NCBI GenBank assembly: GCA_963699545.1
Contig: CAVOUE010000003.1
Coordinates: 288,001 to 352,000 of the forward strand
Length of the DNA stretch: 64,000 nt
Reading direction: 5' to 3'
Source: Nitrospirota bacterium
GTDB taxonomy: Bacteria > Nitrospirota > Thermodesulfovibrionia > Thermodesulfovibrionales > UBA9159
A model generated the notes under the pieces. It worked only from the letters and a program-made list of their open reading frames with translations. It ran no database searches and was not told where the DNA came from. This document shows positions 18,839 to 29,465 of this stretch, piece by piece (positions within the stretch are counted from its first letter, which is position 1; each line of letters starts with the position of its first letter). The translations under genes and the position numbers were made by a program.

Positions 18839-20775
18839 TGATGACTCCCCGGCTTGTGAGGATCGAGGATGCCGTAAAAGTGCTCACCTTTGCTATAAGT
18901 ATGCTCGGCTTTCTGTCGGTGGTCCGGAATGTGGAGCTGTCGTATTCGTTGGCCTTCGCTTCCCTTTTTTTTCTCTCGGTCTCTTTCGAGTACCGCCGGA
19001 CGTTCCCTCTTCACGGCTGGCTTCTTGCCTGCATGGCGATAGGGGTGATACTGCTCACCATCCTGCGGATGAATACCGATGAGTTCATCTCTCTGGTGGT
19101 GGGGGCCCTTCTCATACTCCTTGCCATAAAGCTCCTGGGAGCCAAGCGGTTCAGGGATTACATGCAAATCTATCTCATCGCCCTGTTCCTCCTCATCGGC
19201 TCGGCATTGCTCTCGGTGGACATTGAATTCCTGCTCTACTTCGTCTGCATGATCTTCCTGGTCACCGTGACCGTTGTGCTCCTGACCTATTTTTCCCAGG
19301 ACAATACCCTGGCGCTGCCGGCATCCGCCGTCGCACGGATCGCATCAAAGGCTTCCCTGATATCCCTGATCGCTATCCCGGTGACGGTAGTGATGTTCGT
19401 CATTCTTCCCCGTACCAGTTATCCCATATTCCAATTCCTGAACAAGGGGGCACATGCGAGCACCGGGTTCACCGATCATGTCCGCCTCGGGAACGTTTCC
19501 GACATCCAGGAAGACACCACGGTGATCCTGCGGGCGCACATGGAAAAGGTGCAGGAGGATCTGTTGTACTGGAGAGGGATCGTCCTCGATTATTTCGACG
19601 GCGCTTCCTGGACGAGCCTCCAGAGCGAAGGGCCGGACAACAGCAGGTCATTGAGGACGGCCGGAAGGCAGGTCAAACAGACCATTTACCTTGAACCCTA
19701 TGGAAACAGGTATCTCTTTGCCCTGGATAAGCCCGTCTCTCTTTCCCTGAGACAGGCGAAAAAGACCTCTGCATTGACCTATGCCCTTTCAGAGAACATC
19801 TTCAGAAGGATACGATATGAATCGGCCTCCGCGCTTTCCGATCTTCTCCCTGAGCAGACGATCGACAGAAGCGCCTATTTGCAGATGCCGGGACGGGGTC
19901 TCACACAGACAAGGGATCTGGTGAAAACCCTGTCCTTCGGCAGGACCGGGGAAGAGACCGCTCAGGCCATCCTGCGTTTTTTGCGGGACGGCGAGTACCG
20001 GTATTCCCTTACGAGCCTGCCCCTTTCCGACAATCCCCTTGAGGACTTTCTCTTCCGTCATAAATACGGGAACTGCGAATATTTCGCGTCCGCAATGGCG
20101 GTCATGTTGAGGATCGCAGGGATCCCCTCAAGGGTTGTGGGAGGGTATAAGGGGGGGTACTATAATGATGCCGGGGAATATTACCTGGTACCGCAGAAGA
20201 ATGCCCATGTCTGGGTTGAAGCGTATATGGAGAACAGGGGGTGGCTGCGTATGGACCCTACGCCCGCCGGGATCGAACATTTCGTCTCCGGCTCTTCAAG
20301 GGACCTTTTCTTCAGAGTGAAGCTCCTCATGGATTCAATGAATTATTACTGGAACGCCCTGGTCATTAACTACGACTTCTCGAAGCAGGTATCCCTGTTC
20401 CACACGATCCGCTCGGGGATAAGAAACCCCCGGCTTCATCTCTCTCTGAAAAGCGGGGCGGTTGTCCGGTATTCCGCTGCCCTGACGTGCCTTGTCCTGG
20501 TCATCCTGGCGATCCGCCGCCTGGCTCTCCGCAGAAAAGTTCCGCATGAAAGGATACTGAAGGATTTTCTGAAAAGAATGGGAAGATACGGCTACAGAAG
20601 AAACCGCTCGGAAGGGCTGGAGGAGTTTGTTGCGCGCATTCAGGATGAGAGGATGAGGGAAAAGGCTTTCCGCTTTGTGCGGGCGTTTGAGGGGTATTAC
20701 TACAGGGATAAGAGGCTCCTAAAAGAAGATATGCGGGAATTAAGACTTCTCCTGGATATGGACAAGAGGCAGTGA
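18835..20775 (+). CDS. TgpA-like transglutaminase with DUF3488 membrane domain
   Basis: N-terminal TM helices, YWRG, GNCEYFASA, AHVWVEAY, DPTP. Confidence 0.9.
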   Translation: MMMTPRLVRIEDAVKVLTFAISMLGFLSVVRNVELSYSLAFASLFFLSVSFEYRRTFPLHGWLLACMAIGVILLTILRMNTDEFISLVVGALLILLAIKLLGAKRFRDYMQIYLIALFLLIGSALLSVDIEFLLYFVCMIFLVTVTVVLLTYFSQDNTLALPASAVARIASKASLISLIAIPVTVVMFVILPRTSYPIFQFLNKGAHASTGFTDHVRLGNVSDIQEDTTVILRAHMEKVQEDLLYWRGIVLDYFDGASWTSLQSEGPDNSRSLRTAGRQVKQTIYLEPYGNRYLFALDKPVSLSLRQAKKTSALTYALSENIFRRIRYESASALSDLLPEQTIDRSAYLQMPGRGLTQTRDLVKTLSFGRTGEETAQAILRFLRDGEYRYSLTSLPLSDNPLEDFLFRHKYGNCEYFASAMAVMLRIAGIPSRVVGGYKGGYYNDAGEYYLVPQKNAHVWVEAYMENRGWLRMDPTPAGIEHFVSGSSRDLFFRVKLLMDSMNYYWNALVINYDFSKQVSLFHTIRSGIRNPRLHLSLKSGAVVRYSAALTCLVLVILAIRRLALRRKVPHERILKDFLKRMGRYGYRRNRSEGLEEFVARIQDERMREKAFRFVRAFEGYYYRDKRLLKEDMRELRLLLDMDKRQ

Positions 20776-20802
20776 TCGCAGATCACTGTTTATCCATGCG
20801 CG

Positions 20803-21321
20803 CTACTGTTCAATTATCCCCTCGAGCGTCTCTGCCCATACGACGTATCCCCTGCCGCTGAGGTGCACTCCGTCCGACAGGAGATAGTCGGTGACGGGAG
20901 CTCCCTTTTCATCGATGAATTCGCGGTAGAGGTCAATATAGCCCGCGCCTTTCTCTTCAGCCATCCGTGCCAGCGAACGGTTCACCTCCAGGATAGAGGA
21001 ATCCTCAACCCATGGCAGCAAGGTGGGCAGGAGACTATGGATAAAGATCCCGGACTGCGGGTATGATGCAGAGAGTTCTTCCAGGATCTTCCGGCAGGAA
21101 TCCAGGAAGCCGAGATCTTCCATGGCAACGTTGTTGATGCCTGTCATGATGAACACGAGGTCGGGTGAAGGATATCGTCTGATAATCCCTCCGAGTCTCG
21201 AAAGCAGCCCCTCCACCGTCTCCCCTGCCCTTCCGAGGTTGGCAATATCATATCCCGGGAATCTCGCGCTCCAGTCAAAGAATTCTATCAGGGAATCACC
21301 GATGAAAAGGATGGTTTTCAT
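20803..21321 (-). CDS. GDSL/SGNH hydrolase
   Basis: FIGDSL, GINN, DGVHL. Confidence 0.9.
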   Translation of the reverse strand: MKTILFIGDSLIEFFDWSARFPGYDIANLGRAGETVEGLLSRLGGIIRRYPSPDLVFIMTGINNVAMEDLGFLDSCRKILEELSASYPQSGIFIHSLLPTLLPWVEDSSILEVNRSLARMAEEKGAGYIDLYREFIDEKGAPVTDYLLSDGVHLSGRGYVVWAETLEGIIEQ

Positions 21322-21341
21322 GGGTACATCTTCGCCTTGAC

Positions 21342-21522
21342 AACAAGGAGCACTGGTTTGAGCGGCATGGAGATTTGCCGGTAACAGTTCTTGGTGAAAT
21401 GCAGCGGCCACAGCCTTGAGTGTTTGAACCCGCCTGAGGCGGGTGAGTTTTCAAGGTTGTAGCGGAATAAACTTAGAACTGTCGGAAAATATCTTCGGGA
21501 GCGAAAGATAGTACTCCTTGTT
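21342..21522. repeat. 181-bp rod-like inverted-repeat element (MITE-like or structured RNA)
   Basis: Nested stems AACAAGGAGCAC/GTACTCCTTGTT, ACAGTTCT/AGAACTGT, CAGCCTTGA/TCAAGGTTG, apical ACCCGCC/GGCGGGT. Confidence 0.7.
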
Positions 21523-21529
21523 CTATAGG

Positions 21530-22246
21530 TCAAAGGTTCTTCAATACCTCCAGCAGTGCCCTCTGGCAGTTATCCACAGCCAGCCTGATATCCCATTTGG
21601 CTCTATCCCGGACCCCGACGATATTGCTTATCCCGCGTATCTCGATCAGCGGTGCTTTATAGAGAGCGCAGATATGGGCTGCGGCAGCGCCTTCCATGTT
21701 CTCACAGATTGCCCCGCCTCTCTTCTCCAATTCCCGTGCCCTCTTTCTTGTGCCCGTGCATGTAGACACGGTAACGAATCTGCCTGACCTTATTTGCGCG
21801 CGGGGCAAAGGGCAGGGGGCAAGGATGTCCAGGGTCTTTCTGATCAATCTCTTCTCAAAATCAAATTCGTTGTAATACTTTTTGGAGCCTCTTCGCGCCA
21901 GAGGGATACCGATAAATTCGGCACCGTGGAAGCCGTCTTTGGTGATAACCCCTTCATCGCCGTATACCTCTTTTTCCGCAACAGCGATATCGCCGACCTC
22001 GAGTCCTGAGGACGGATAAGCGCCGCCTGCGCCGAACAGAATGACGACCGCAGGGGAGAACTTCTCGATAAGGATGGTTGTTGCGTGGGCTGCATTGGTC
22101 TTACCCATACCGGAGACCATGTAGACCACGTCTTTGTCGTGTATCCGGCCTCCATAGAGAGGCTTCCCGGCCACAACAGACTTCTTCTTCAATTGTCTGA
22201 TGAGCAGCTTCCCTTCTTCAGGGACAGATGACATGAGTGCGATCAT
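21530..22246 (-). CDS. mqnB: Futalosine hydrolase
   Basis: SGMGKTNAA, GAGGAY, TVSTCTGT, CENMEGAA, EIRGISN, RAKW. Confidence 0.88.
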   Translation of the reverse strand: MIALMSSVPEEGKLLIRQLKKKSVVAGKPLYGGRIHDKDVVYMVSGMGKTNAAHATTILIEKFSPAVVILFGAGGAYPSSGLEVGDIAVAEKEVYGDEGVITKDGFHGAEFIGIPLARRGSKKYYNEFDFEKRLIRKTLDILAPCPLPRAQIRSGRFVTVSTCTGTRKRARELEKRGGAICENMEGAAAAHICALYKAPLIEIRGISNIVGVRDRAKWDIRLAVDNCQRALLEVLKNL

Positions 22247-22302
22247 ATTCGGAAAATGTGATGCGTTATGGGTAACAAGTTTATCCAACCACGAAGGATT
22301 AA

Positions 22303-22451
22303 CATGGGATGGGCAGGCAAAGAATTTTTGTACGACACCTTATAAAGAAGACCTCCGAGGAGATTTGGCGATGCCCGTTATATGAGATAGAATAGCATTC
22401 GTCATCTCAATATCTGTCGATTACAAAAATTCTGCGGGTGTCCATCCCATG
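22303..22451. repeat. 149-bp inverted-repeat-bounded element
   Basis: CATGGGATGGGCA/TGTCCATCCCATG, perfect AGAATTTTTGTA/TACAAAAATTCT, CGACA/TGTCG. Confidence 0.7.
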
Positions 22452-22483
22452 CCTTAGCAAAAGCGTGTTGTCTCAATCTTATT

Positions 22484-23740
22484 CTATTCTCTCAGCTGTC
22501 CGCTTCCCAGGACGATGAACTTAGTGCAGGTGAGCTCTTCCAGTCCCATGGGACCGCGAGCATGTATCTTGTCTGTAGATATGCCGATCTCAGCTCCAAG
22601 ACCGAACTGATACCCGTCATTGAGCCTGGTGGAGGCATTCACGAACACTGCCGAGGAATCCACCTCCCGCAGAAACCTCATGGCCCTGTCGTAGTTCATG
22701 GTGATGATGGAATCGGAATGGGCAGAGCCATAGTTGGCGATGTGCTCCATAGCCTCTTCCATATCCTTCACTACCTTTACGTTCAGGATCAGGTCCAGGT
22801 ATTCCCTAAAGTAATCCTCTTCTTTCACCCCGGCGACGGCGGGATAGATGGAGCGGGTCTTCGGGCACCCCCGCAGCGATACCCCCGCCTCTTCAAACCG
22901 CTTCAGCATAGCCGGCAGAAAACCCTCTGCGATAGCTCCGTCAACGAGCATCGTCTCCATGGCATTGCATGTCCCCGGCCTCTGGACCTTTGCATTAAAA
23001 CAGATATCTTCCGCCATGAGCAGATCGGCATCCCTGTCCACAAAGACATGACAGACCCCCTTATAGTGCTTCAGCACCGGAATGCGGGAATTCTCCGTCA
23101 CCGCCCTGATAAGGCCTTCCCCTCCCCTGGGTATGATGAGATCGATGATGCCCTCGAGCTTCAGCATCTCCATGATCGCTTCCCTGTCCGGGATATCGAT
23201 AAAGGTTATGGCGCCTTCATGGATCCCTTCTGCCTTTGCCACGTCCCGCAGGGTCCTCGCGATGGCCTTATTGGAGTGGATCGCCTCTGAGCCCCCCCGC
23301 AGCATGACCGCGTTGCCGGCCTTAAGGCAGAGGCTGGTGGCATCTGCGGTGACGTTGGGCCGCGATTCATAGATGATCCCTATCAGTCCTATGGGAACAC
23401 GCATCTTCCCGACGGTCATGCCGTTGGGTCTTTTCCACATCCTGATCACCTCTCCCACAGGGTCAGGGAGCTGGGAGACCTCCACGAGTCCCTGGGCCAT
23501 CTCACCGATCCTCTTTTCGTTCAGCGTAAGCCTGTCGATCAGCGCTTTTGAGAGCCCTTTTTCTTCTGCGAACTTTATATCCTTTCTGTTCTCGGAGACA
23601 AGCTCATTCTTCCTTTTTCTCAACGCCTCCGCCATCTTCACCAGGACAAGGTTCTTTTGCGCAGATGAAGCCTTCCCCAGGGACCTCGCCCCGGCCTTTG
23701 CTTCCAGCGCCAGATCGATGATGTATTTCTTCATATCCAT
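22484..23740 (-). CDS. proA: Gamma-glutamyl phosphate reductase
   Basis: IIYESRPNVT, IPRGG, CNAMET, NASTRLNDG, HARGPMGL. Confidence 0.95.
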   Translation of the reverse strand: MDMKKYIIDLALEAKAGARSLGKASSAQKNLVLVKMAEALRKRKNELVSENRKDIKFAEEKGLSKALIDRLTLNEKRIGEMAQGLVEVSQLPDPVGEVIRMWKRPNGMTVGKMRVPIGLIGIIYESRPNVTADATSLCLKAGNAVMLRGGSEAIHSNKAIARTLRDVAKAEGIHEGAITFIDIPDREAIMEMLKLEGIIDLIIPRGGEGLIRAVTENSRIPVLKHYKGVCHVFVDRDADLLMAEDICFNAKVQRPGTCNAMETMLVDGAIAEGFLPAMLKRFEEAGVSLRGCPKTRSIYPAVAGVKEEDYFREYLDLILNVKVVKDMEEAMEHIANYGSAHSDSIITMNYDRAMRFLREVDSSAVFVNASTRLNDGYQFGLGAEIGISTDKIHARGPMGLEELTCTKFIVLGSGQLRE

Positions 23741-23877
23741 TGATGCCTCGATGCCTCCCTCGGTGAATGCCGATAAAATTACAATAACGGAACACCATGA
23801 AATAATCAATATCTCCTTGCGTACGCCTTGCCTGACCCTTCCTTGACCTTACCCTCACTCTCGTCTTACAATGTCGT

Positions 23878-25583
23878 ATGCCACAGATCAGGGTCCTTCC
23901 TGTAGAACTCAGAAACAAAATAGCCGCCGGTGAGGTAATAGAGAGGCCTGCCTCAGTGGTGAAGGAACTCATCGAGAATTCCATTGACGCGGAGAGCACC
24001 GAAATACGGATAGAGATCCTGAGGGGAGGCAAAGGCCTCATAAAAGTGGTTGACAACGGTATAGGAATGGACGGGGAGGATGCCCTTTTGTGTCTCCAGC
24101 GTCATGCCACAAGCAAACTCAGGAACGAAAAGATCTTTTCCATATCACCACCCTGGGCTTCAGGGGCGAGGCACTGCCTTCTATTGCCTCAGTTTCCAGG
24201 ATGAAGCTTGTGACGGGGCTGAGAGATGCTCCTTCGGGCGTATCCATTGACATACACGGCGGGGAGATCGGGAGGACAAGGGACTTCCCCTCTATCGGTA
24301 CCGCCATAGAGATACGGGACATCTTTTTCAATACACCCGCCAGGAAGAAGTTCCTCAAGGCCGACAGCACTGAACTTTTCCACATTATCGACGCGGTCAC
24401 CAGGGAAGCCCTCTCCCACTGGGATATCGGTTTCCGTCTCTTCACCGACGAGAAGGAGACCATGAACCTGCCCCGGGCATCAGGCCCGAGGGAGAGGGTG
24501 CTCCAGATCTATGGGCTGGAGTTCATCGAGGGACTGCTGGAGGTGGTTGCAGAAGGGCACGGTCTTGGGATGAGCGCACTTATCACCAAAGGAGATCATT
24601 TCAGGAACAACAAGGCCCATCAGTTCATCTTCGTCAACAGGCGCCCGGTGAAGGACCAGACCGTTTCCCACGCAGTGTATGACGCATACAAAGGGATACT
24701 CCCCCATGACCAGCACCCGGTGTTCTTCCTTTTTCTTGAGATAGACCCGGAGAGGGTCGATTTCAATGTTCATCCCACAAAGCGTGAGGTGAGGTTCGAG
24801 AACAAACAGGGGATCCACGATTTTGTGAGAGCATATCTGCGGGATGCGATAAAGAAAGAACGGTCCCGTTACGCTGCGCCGTTTGCAGAAACGTCGGGAT
24901 GGGCGGTATCGGAAATGTCCGTATCATTTGACGCACGTGAAGAACGCGTTTCCCTTCCCTCAGGACACGGAGCGGACCCCCTTTCCGTCAAGGGCGTTCC
25001 AGAAACGATGGAGTTTCCCTCTCAGCCGTCCCTCCCCTTCCTCTATCTTGGCGATACCTTCATCGCCATGGCGGGCAGGGGCGGACTGACCCTCATAGAC
25101 CATCACGCAGCCCACGAAAGAATTCTCTATGAAAGCTTTCTGAAGGGGATAAACCTTGATTCCCATGCTCTGCTTTTCCCGAAGCAGCTGAAGTTGTCGC
25201 CCAGGGAATATTCGGTGATACTCGAGGAGAAGACCTTGCTGTCCGAAATGGGAATGGAGATCGATGATTTCGGCCATAATACTCTCATCGTCCGAAGCCT
25301 TCCCTATGCCTTAAAGGAAGCAGATATAAGGGGCATACTCTCTGACGTTGCCGCGGCGCTTCTTGAGGGAACACGGCCATTTCAATCGATAAAAGAGGCC
25401 CTCGCCGCCCGGATCGCGTGTCACAGCTCGGTGCGCGGGAAAGAGATCCTCCACCGGGAAGAGTTTGAGAGACTCCTTCAACGTCTCGATGCTGCCGAGA
25501 ATCCTGACCAGTGCCCCCACGGACGGCCCACAAGGATATTCCTTTCCCTTGATGACATGAAAAAGTTGTTCAAGAGGAAGTAA
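23878..25583 (+). CDS. mutL: DNA mismatch repair endonuclease MutL (1-nt deletion in A4 at 24128-24131)
   Basis: [23 protein letters not shown], then [22 protein letters not shown] in the shifted frame. Confidence 0.93.
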
Positions 25584-25599
25584 CAATGCTCGTATTTAA

Positions 25600-25743
25600 A
25601 TAGGGACACATCCCATTTTATTAGCGCAGGAATCTTCTATTGTAGCCTTTTGGTGGTCAAAGAACAGCGAGTGCTGTTGCGCTGGGCTTCATTTACCACA
25701 GGCTTCTGAGAGGCAGTGATTTAAAAATGGGATGTGTCCCTAT
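25600..25743. repeat. 144-bp element with perfect 20-bp terminal inverted repeats (MITE/REPIN-like)
   Basis: ATAGGGACACATCCCATTTT (25600-25619) is the exact reverse complement of 25724-25743. Confidence 0.8.
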
Positions 25744-25801
25744 CTATTTCTGAAGGGAAGGCAACTGGAATGTGACGGGAAGGAATATGATAGGATAAGA
25801 A

Positions 25802-26731
25802 ATGTCTTCACCAAATAAGGTCATCATCATCCTCGGTCCTACGGGCGTCGGCAAGACAGGGGCGTCCATCCTCCTGGCAAAGGCGATGGATACGGAAATC
25901 ATCAGCGCCGATTCCATGCAGGTCTACCGGCATATGGACATCGGAACTGCAAAGCCGTCGCAGGAAGAAATGTCCGGCGTGACGCACCATATGATCGATA
26001 TCGTAGCGCCTTCCGAAACTTTCAGCGCCGGGGAATATATCGATCACCTCATCCCCTTGATTGAAGGTCTCCATAAGCAGGGGAAGATCCCCGTTATCGT
26101 GGGCGGAACAGGCCTTTACATCAAGGCGATGACGCGGGGGCTCTTCTCCGGTCCTTCCGCTGACTGGGTCCTGCGGGAAGAACTTCTCTCCGCGGAAGAA
26201 AGAGACAGGGGCTGTCTGTACCGCTCCCTTCAGGATCTGGACGCCGATGCGGCGGCAAAGGTGATGCCTGCGGACACGAGGAGGATCGTCAGGGCGCTGG
26301 AGGTCTGCCTCAAGGCAGAGACCGGGATCACCGAACTGCAGAAGAATCGTACCAGACCTCTGCCCTACACCTTCATCCTTATCGGCCTCACGAGGCAGAG
26401 AAAGGAATTGTATGCACTCATTGAAAAAAGGGTTGACGCAATGCTCGCAAAAGGCCTTGTGGACGAGGTCCGACAGCTCCTCCGTATGAATCCGGGGAAA
26501 ACTGCCATGCAAGCCATCGGATACAAAGAGATCGCGCTTTTTTTCAGAGGTGAGACCTCCCTTGATGACGCGGTAAAGACCATCAAGAAACGGTCACGGA
26601 ATTATGCAAAGCGTCAGTTCACCTGGTTCAGGCAGGAAAAAGGCACACAGTGGCTGGACATAACAGGCCTCTTTTCCCACCGAGATATTTACAAAGCTAT
26701 TGAAATATTTCTCGAAAATCGTTTAACGTAA
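25802..26731 (+). CDS. miaA: tRNA dimethylallyltransferase
   Basis: [41 protein letters not shown]. Confidence 0.96.
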   Translation: MSSPNKVIIILGPTGVGKTGASILLAKAMDTEIISADSMQVYRHMDIGTAKPSQEEMSGVTHHMIDIVAPSETFSAGEYIDHLIPLIEGLHKQGKIPVIVGGTGLYIKAMTRGLFSGPSADWVLREELLSAEERDRGCLYRSLQDLDADAAAKVMPADTRRIVRALEVCLKAETGITELQKNRTRPLPYTFILIGLTRQRKELYALIEKRVDAMLAKGLVDEVRQLLRMNPGKTAMQAIGYKEIALFFRGETSLDDAVKTIKKRSRNYAKRQFTWFRQEKGTQWLDITGLFSHRDIYKAIEIFLENRLT

Positions 26732-26793
26732 GAAGAAAAAAAGGGACTCCGGCAGTGGGAGTGTATAAGGGGGGGACCGGTAAGGAGGGTGCG

Positions 26794-27015
26794 ATGTCCA
26801 ATAACCTGCAAGACAATTTCCTGAATCAACTCAGGAAAGACAAGACTCCCGTGGTGGTGTATCTGGCCAATGGGGTGAGGCTGAAAGGGATGATCAAGGG
26901 GTTTGACAGCTTTGTGATCATCCTGAAAGAGTCTACACAGCAGCTCATATACAAACATGCGGTCTCGACCATCGTCCCTGAAAAGGAAGTTGACCTGCGG
27001 TTTGAAGAATCATAG
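26794..27015 (+). CDS. hfq: RNA chaperone Hfq
   Basis: [34 protein letters not shown]; downstream of miaA. Confidence 0.96.
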   Translation: MSNNLQDNFLNQLRKDKTPVVVYLANGVRLKGMIKGFDSFVIILKESTQQLIYKHAVSTIVPEKEVDLRFEES

Positions 27016-27401
27016 AAACCCGGTTCCGACAGTGGACGTCATCATAGAGTGCGAAGGCGGGATCGTTATGATAAAGAGGAAAAATCCTCCCGTGGGTTGG
27101 GCTCTTCCCGGCGGGTTTGTGGACTACGAAGAAGACCTTGAGTCTGCCGCTGTCAGGGAGGCGAGGGAAGAGACCGGCCTGGAGGTGGAACTCGTCAGGC
27201 AGTTCCACACCTATTCTGCTCCTGAAAGAGACCCGCGGCAGCATACCATCACCACCGTATATATCGCACGGGCATCGGGAAAGCCCCTTGGGGGCGATGA
27301 CGCTGCAGAGGCACGGCTGTTCTGCGATGACCGTTCTCCCGGAACCCATCGTCTTTGACCATAAACAAATATTGGATGATTATTTCATGAGGAGGTATTA
27401 G
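27002..27401 (+). CDS. NUDIX hydrolase (1-nt insertion near 27334; start uncertain)
   Basis: [24 protein letters not shown] Nudix box, [17 protein letters not shown] in the shifted frame. Confidence 0.88.
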
Positions 27402-28052
27402 ATGCTCAAAGCAATGCGCAAGCACGCAAAATTTTTCTACGTCCTTTTCTTCATTGTCATCCTTTCCTTCATCTTCTGGGGTGTCGGAACTGTAGACAAG
27501 TCCACCGCCGTGCCCATTGCGGAGGTGGGGAAGGAAAAGATAACCCTCGAAGAATACTGGGCTTCTTATGACAGGGCGAGGGAATTCTACCGGAATATCT
27601 CAAAAGGCGCTTTCACTGAGGAGATGGAAAAACAGCTGAACCTCAAGAAGAGGGTGTTGGATTCTCTGATCGATGAAATGGTCCTTCTGGCTGAGGCGAA
27701 AAAAACAGGGATCCGGGTGAGCGATGAGGAACTGGAGGAAGCGATCCTCAATGACCCCGCATTCACCCGCGACGGCAAATTCAACAAGGACATATACCTC
27801 AGAACCCTGCAGCTCAACAGGATGACGCCCGAATATTTTGAGTCCATGAAACGGAAAGAGCTGACCCTCTCCAAAATGCACCGCCTCATCGGAGAGTCCA
27901 TTGACCTGACCGATGAGGGCATGAAAGATCCTGCCCAGGCCAATGCCCGGCAGGCCGTACTTTCCCGGATGAGGGAACAGGCCGTCAAGTCCTACCTGGA
28001 AGGGCTCAAGAAACAGATGAAGATAAAGGTCAACCAGCAGCTTATCGGTTGA
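27402..28052 (+). CDS. SurA N-terminal domain (PpiD-like) chaperone
   Basis: MLKAMRKH, SFIFWGVG, VSDEEL, F..DGKF. Confidence 0.85.
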   Translation: MLKAMRKHAKFFYVLFFIVILSFIFWGVGTVDKSTAVPIAEVGKEKITLEEYWASYDRAREFYRNISKGAFTEEMEKQLNLKKRVLDSLIDEMVLLAEAKKTGIRVSDEELEEAILNDPAFTRDGKFNKDIYLRTLQLNRMTPEYFESMKRKELTLSKMHRLIGESIDLTDEGMKDPAQANARQAVLSRMREQAVKSYLEGLKKQMKIKVNQQLIG

Positions 28053-28054
28053 CG

Positions 28055-29446
28055 TTACCTTAGTGCTGCTCTGACGGCTTTCACCGCTGCTTCCACTTCG
28101 CCGGCGGAGATGGTCCGTGGATCAAGGATGAGAGAATCGCCTCTGATCCGGGCGACGATGGAAGGATCGCCGTTTCTGAGCCTTTCCTCCAGTTCGTTCA
28201 CCGTGATCTTCCCCGGTCTTATCGAAACGGTAAAAGTGGGGAAGTCAACCTCCGGGAGAGAACCTCCTCCTGCCTGTGAGGAGTCTTTGACGATCTCTAT
28301 TGCTCCGTCCTTCAGGTCTCTCTTGAGAAGGCCCGCCATCTTCTTTGCCCTTGCCCTGATCTTCTCCGGACCTTCCAGGAGCATCTTCAAGGTAGGTATA
28401 TTCTCCTTCGCACCTTCCTCATCCGCATACTCAAGAAGGGTCGCCTCCAGTGCTGCCAGGGTGAGCTTGTCTATGCGCACCGCCCTGGTGAGGGGGTGCT
28501 TCTGTATCTTTTCGATACATTCTTTCCTCCCCAGGATCACCCCCGCCTGGGGTCCGCCAAGGAGTTTGTCCCCGCTGAAGGTCACAAGGTCGACGCCGCT
28601 CTTCACTATTTCACGCACGGAAGGCTCTGTATGGATCCTGTACTCCTTGAGGTCGACAAGACAGCCGCTTCCCAGATCATACATCACCGGGATGTTACAG
28701 CCGTGCCCGAAGGCCACAAGCTTTTCGATGGGGACATCCTCTGTGAATCCGCTCATACGGTAATTGGACTGATGGACCTTGAGAAGAAGGGCGGTGCGCT
28801 CATTCAGGGCATTCTCATAATCGTGGAGATGGGTCTTGTTGGTCGTCCCCACTTCCTTCAGCACCGCGCCGCTCAGGGCCATCACATCCGGGACCCTGAA
28901 AGAACCGCCGATCTCCACCAGCTCTCCCCGGGAAACAATGACCTCTCTTTCTTTTGCCAGGGCGCTCAAACAGAGGAAGACCGCTGCTGCATTATTGTTC
29001 ACGGCAAAGCCGTCCTCTGCGCCGGTAATCTCCCTCAGGAGCTTCTTGAGATGGGTGTACCGCTTCCCCCGTTTCCCCGCTCCGAGGTCGTACTCGAGAT
29101 TCGAATACCGGGTGGCGACCCTTGTCACATTCTCCATCACCCTCGGTGAAAGGATGGAACGGCCGAGGTTCGTATGGATGACGATTCCCGTTGCATTGAT
29201 GACCGGTCTAAGACTGAGGGAGGACAATGTCTCGACCCGCACGTTGATGTCAGGGACCATGCTTTCAACCGAAACATCCGCGGTCGTCCCTTCCAGGATC
29301 TCCTTTCTCCTGAAGTCTATGCCCTCTCTGATGGCGGCAAGGACATATCTCCTTGGATGCGTCCTCAGCCACCCGATCCCAGCCCCGCTCTTGAGGACTT
29401 CGTCCACTGAGGGAAGGCTCGACAATAAGTGCTGTTTTCTTTCCAT
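28055..29446 (-). CDS. selA: L-seryl-tRNA(Sec) selenium transferase (alternative start 29491)
   Basis: VINATGIVIHTNLGRS, SRGELVEIGGSFR, EVGTTN, FSGDKLLGGPQAG. Confidence 0.96.
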   Translation of the reverse strand: MERKQHLLSSLPSVDEVLKSGAGIGWLRTHPRRYVLAAIREGIDFRRKEILEGTTADVSVESMVPDINVRVETLSSLSLRPVINATGIVIHTNLGRSILSPRVMENVTRVATRYSNLEYDLGAGKRGKRYTHLKKLLREITGAEDGFAVNNNAAAVFLCLSALAKEREVIVSRGELVEIGGSFRVPDVMALSGAVLKEVGTTNKTHLHDYENALNERTALLLKVHQSNYRMSGFTEDVPIEKLVAFGHGCNIPVMYDLGSGCLVDLKEYRIHTEPSVREIVKSGVDLVTFSGDKLLGGPQAGVILGRKECIEKIQKHPLTRAVRIDKLTLAALEATLLEYADEEGAKENIPTLKMLLEGPEKIRARAKKMAGLLKRDLKDGAIEIVKDSSQAGGGSLPEVDFPTFTVSIRPGKITVNELEERLRNGDPSIVARIRGDSLILDPRTISAGEVEAAVKAVRAALR

Positions 29447-29465
29447 AGGCCGGAGAGCGCTCTCC

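Noticed and set aside
21342-21522. Firm 6S RNA (ssrS) call
   Set aside because: Size and shape fit, but the central bubble is small and the usual zapA/ygfA/rny context is absent; needs a covariance search
23826-23868. Degenerate 6-7-mer pyrimidine-rich repeats (also near 37700, 46512 and 50584)
   Set aside because: Too short and degenerate to support as discrete elements by eye
23878-25583. Real mutL inactivation producing a mutator with many pseudogenes
   Set aside because: Essential genes (gyrA, gyrB, lnt) are also hit, no nonsense or other decay accompanies the indels, and they cluster at one motif or in homopolymers; sequencing artefact is more parsimonious
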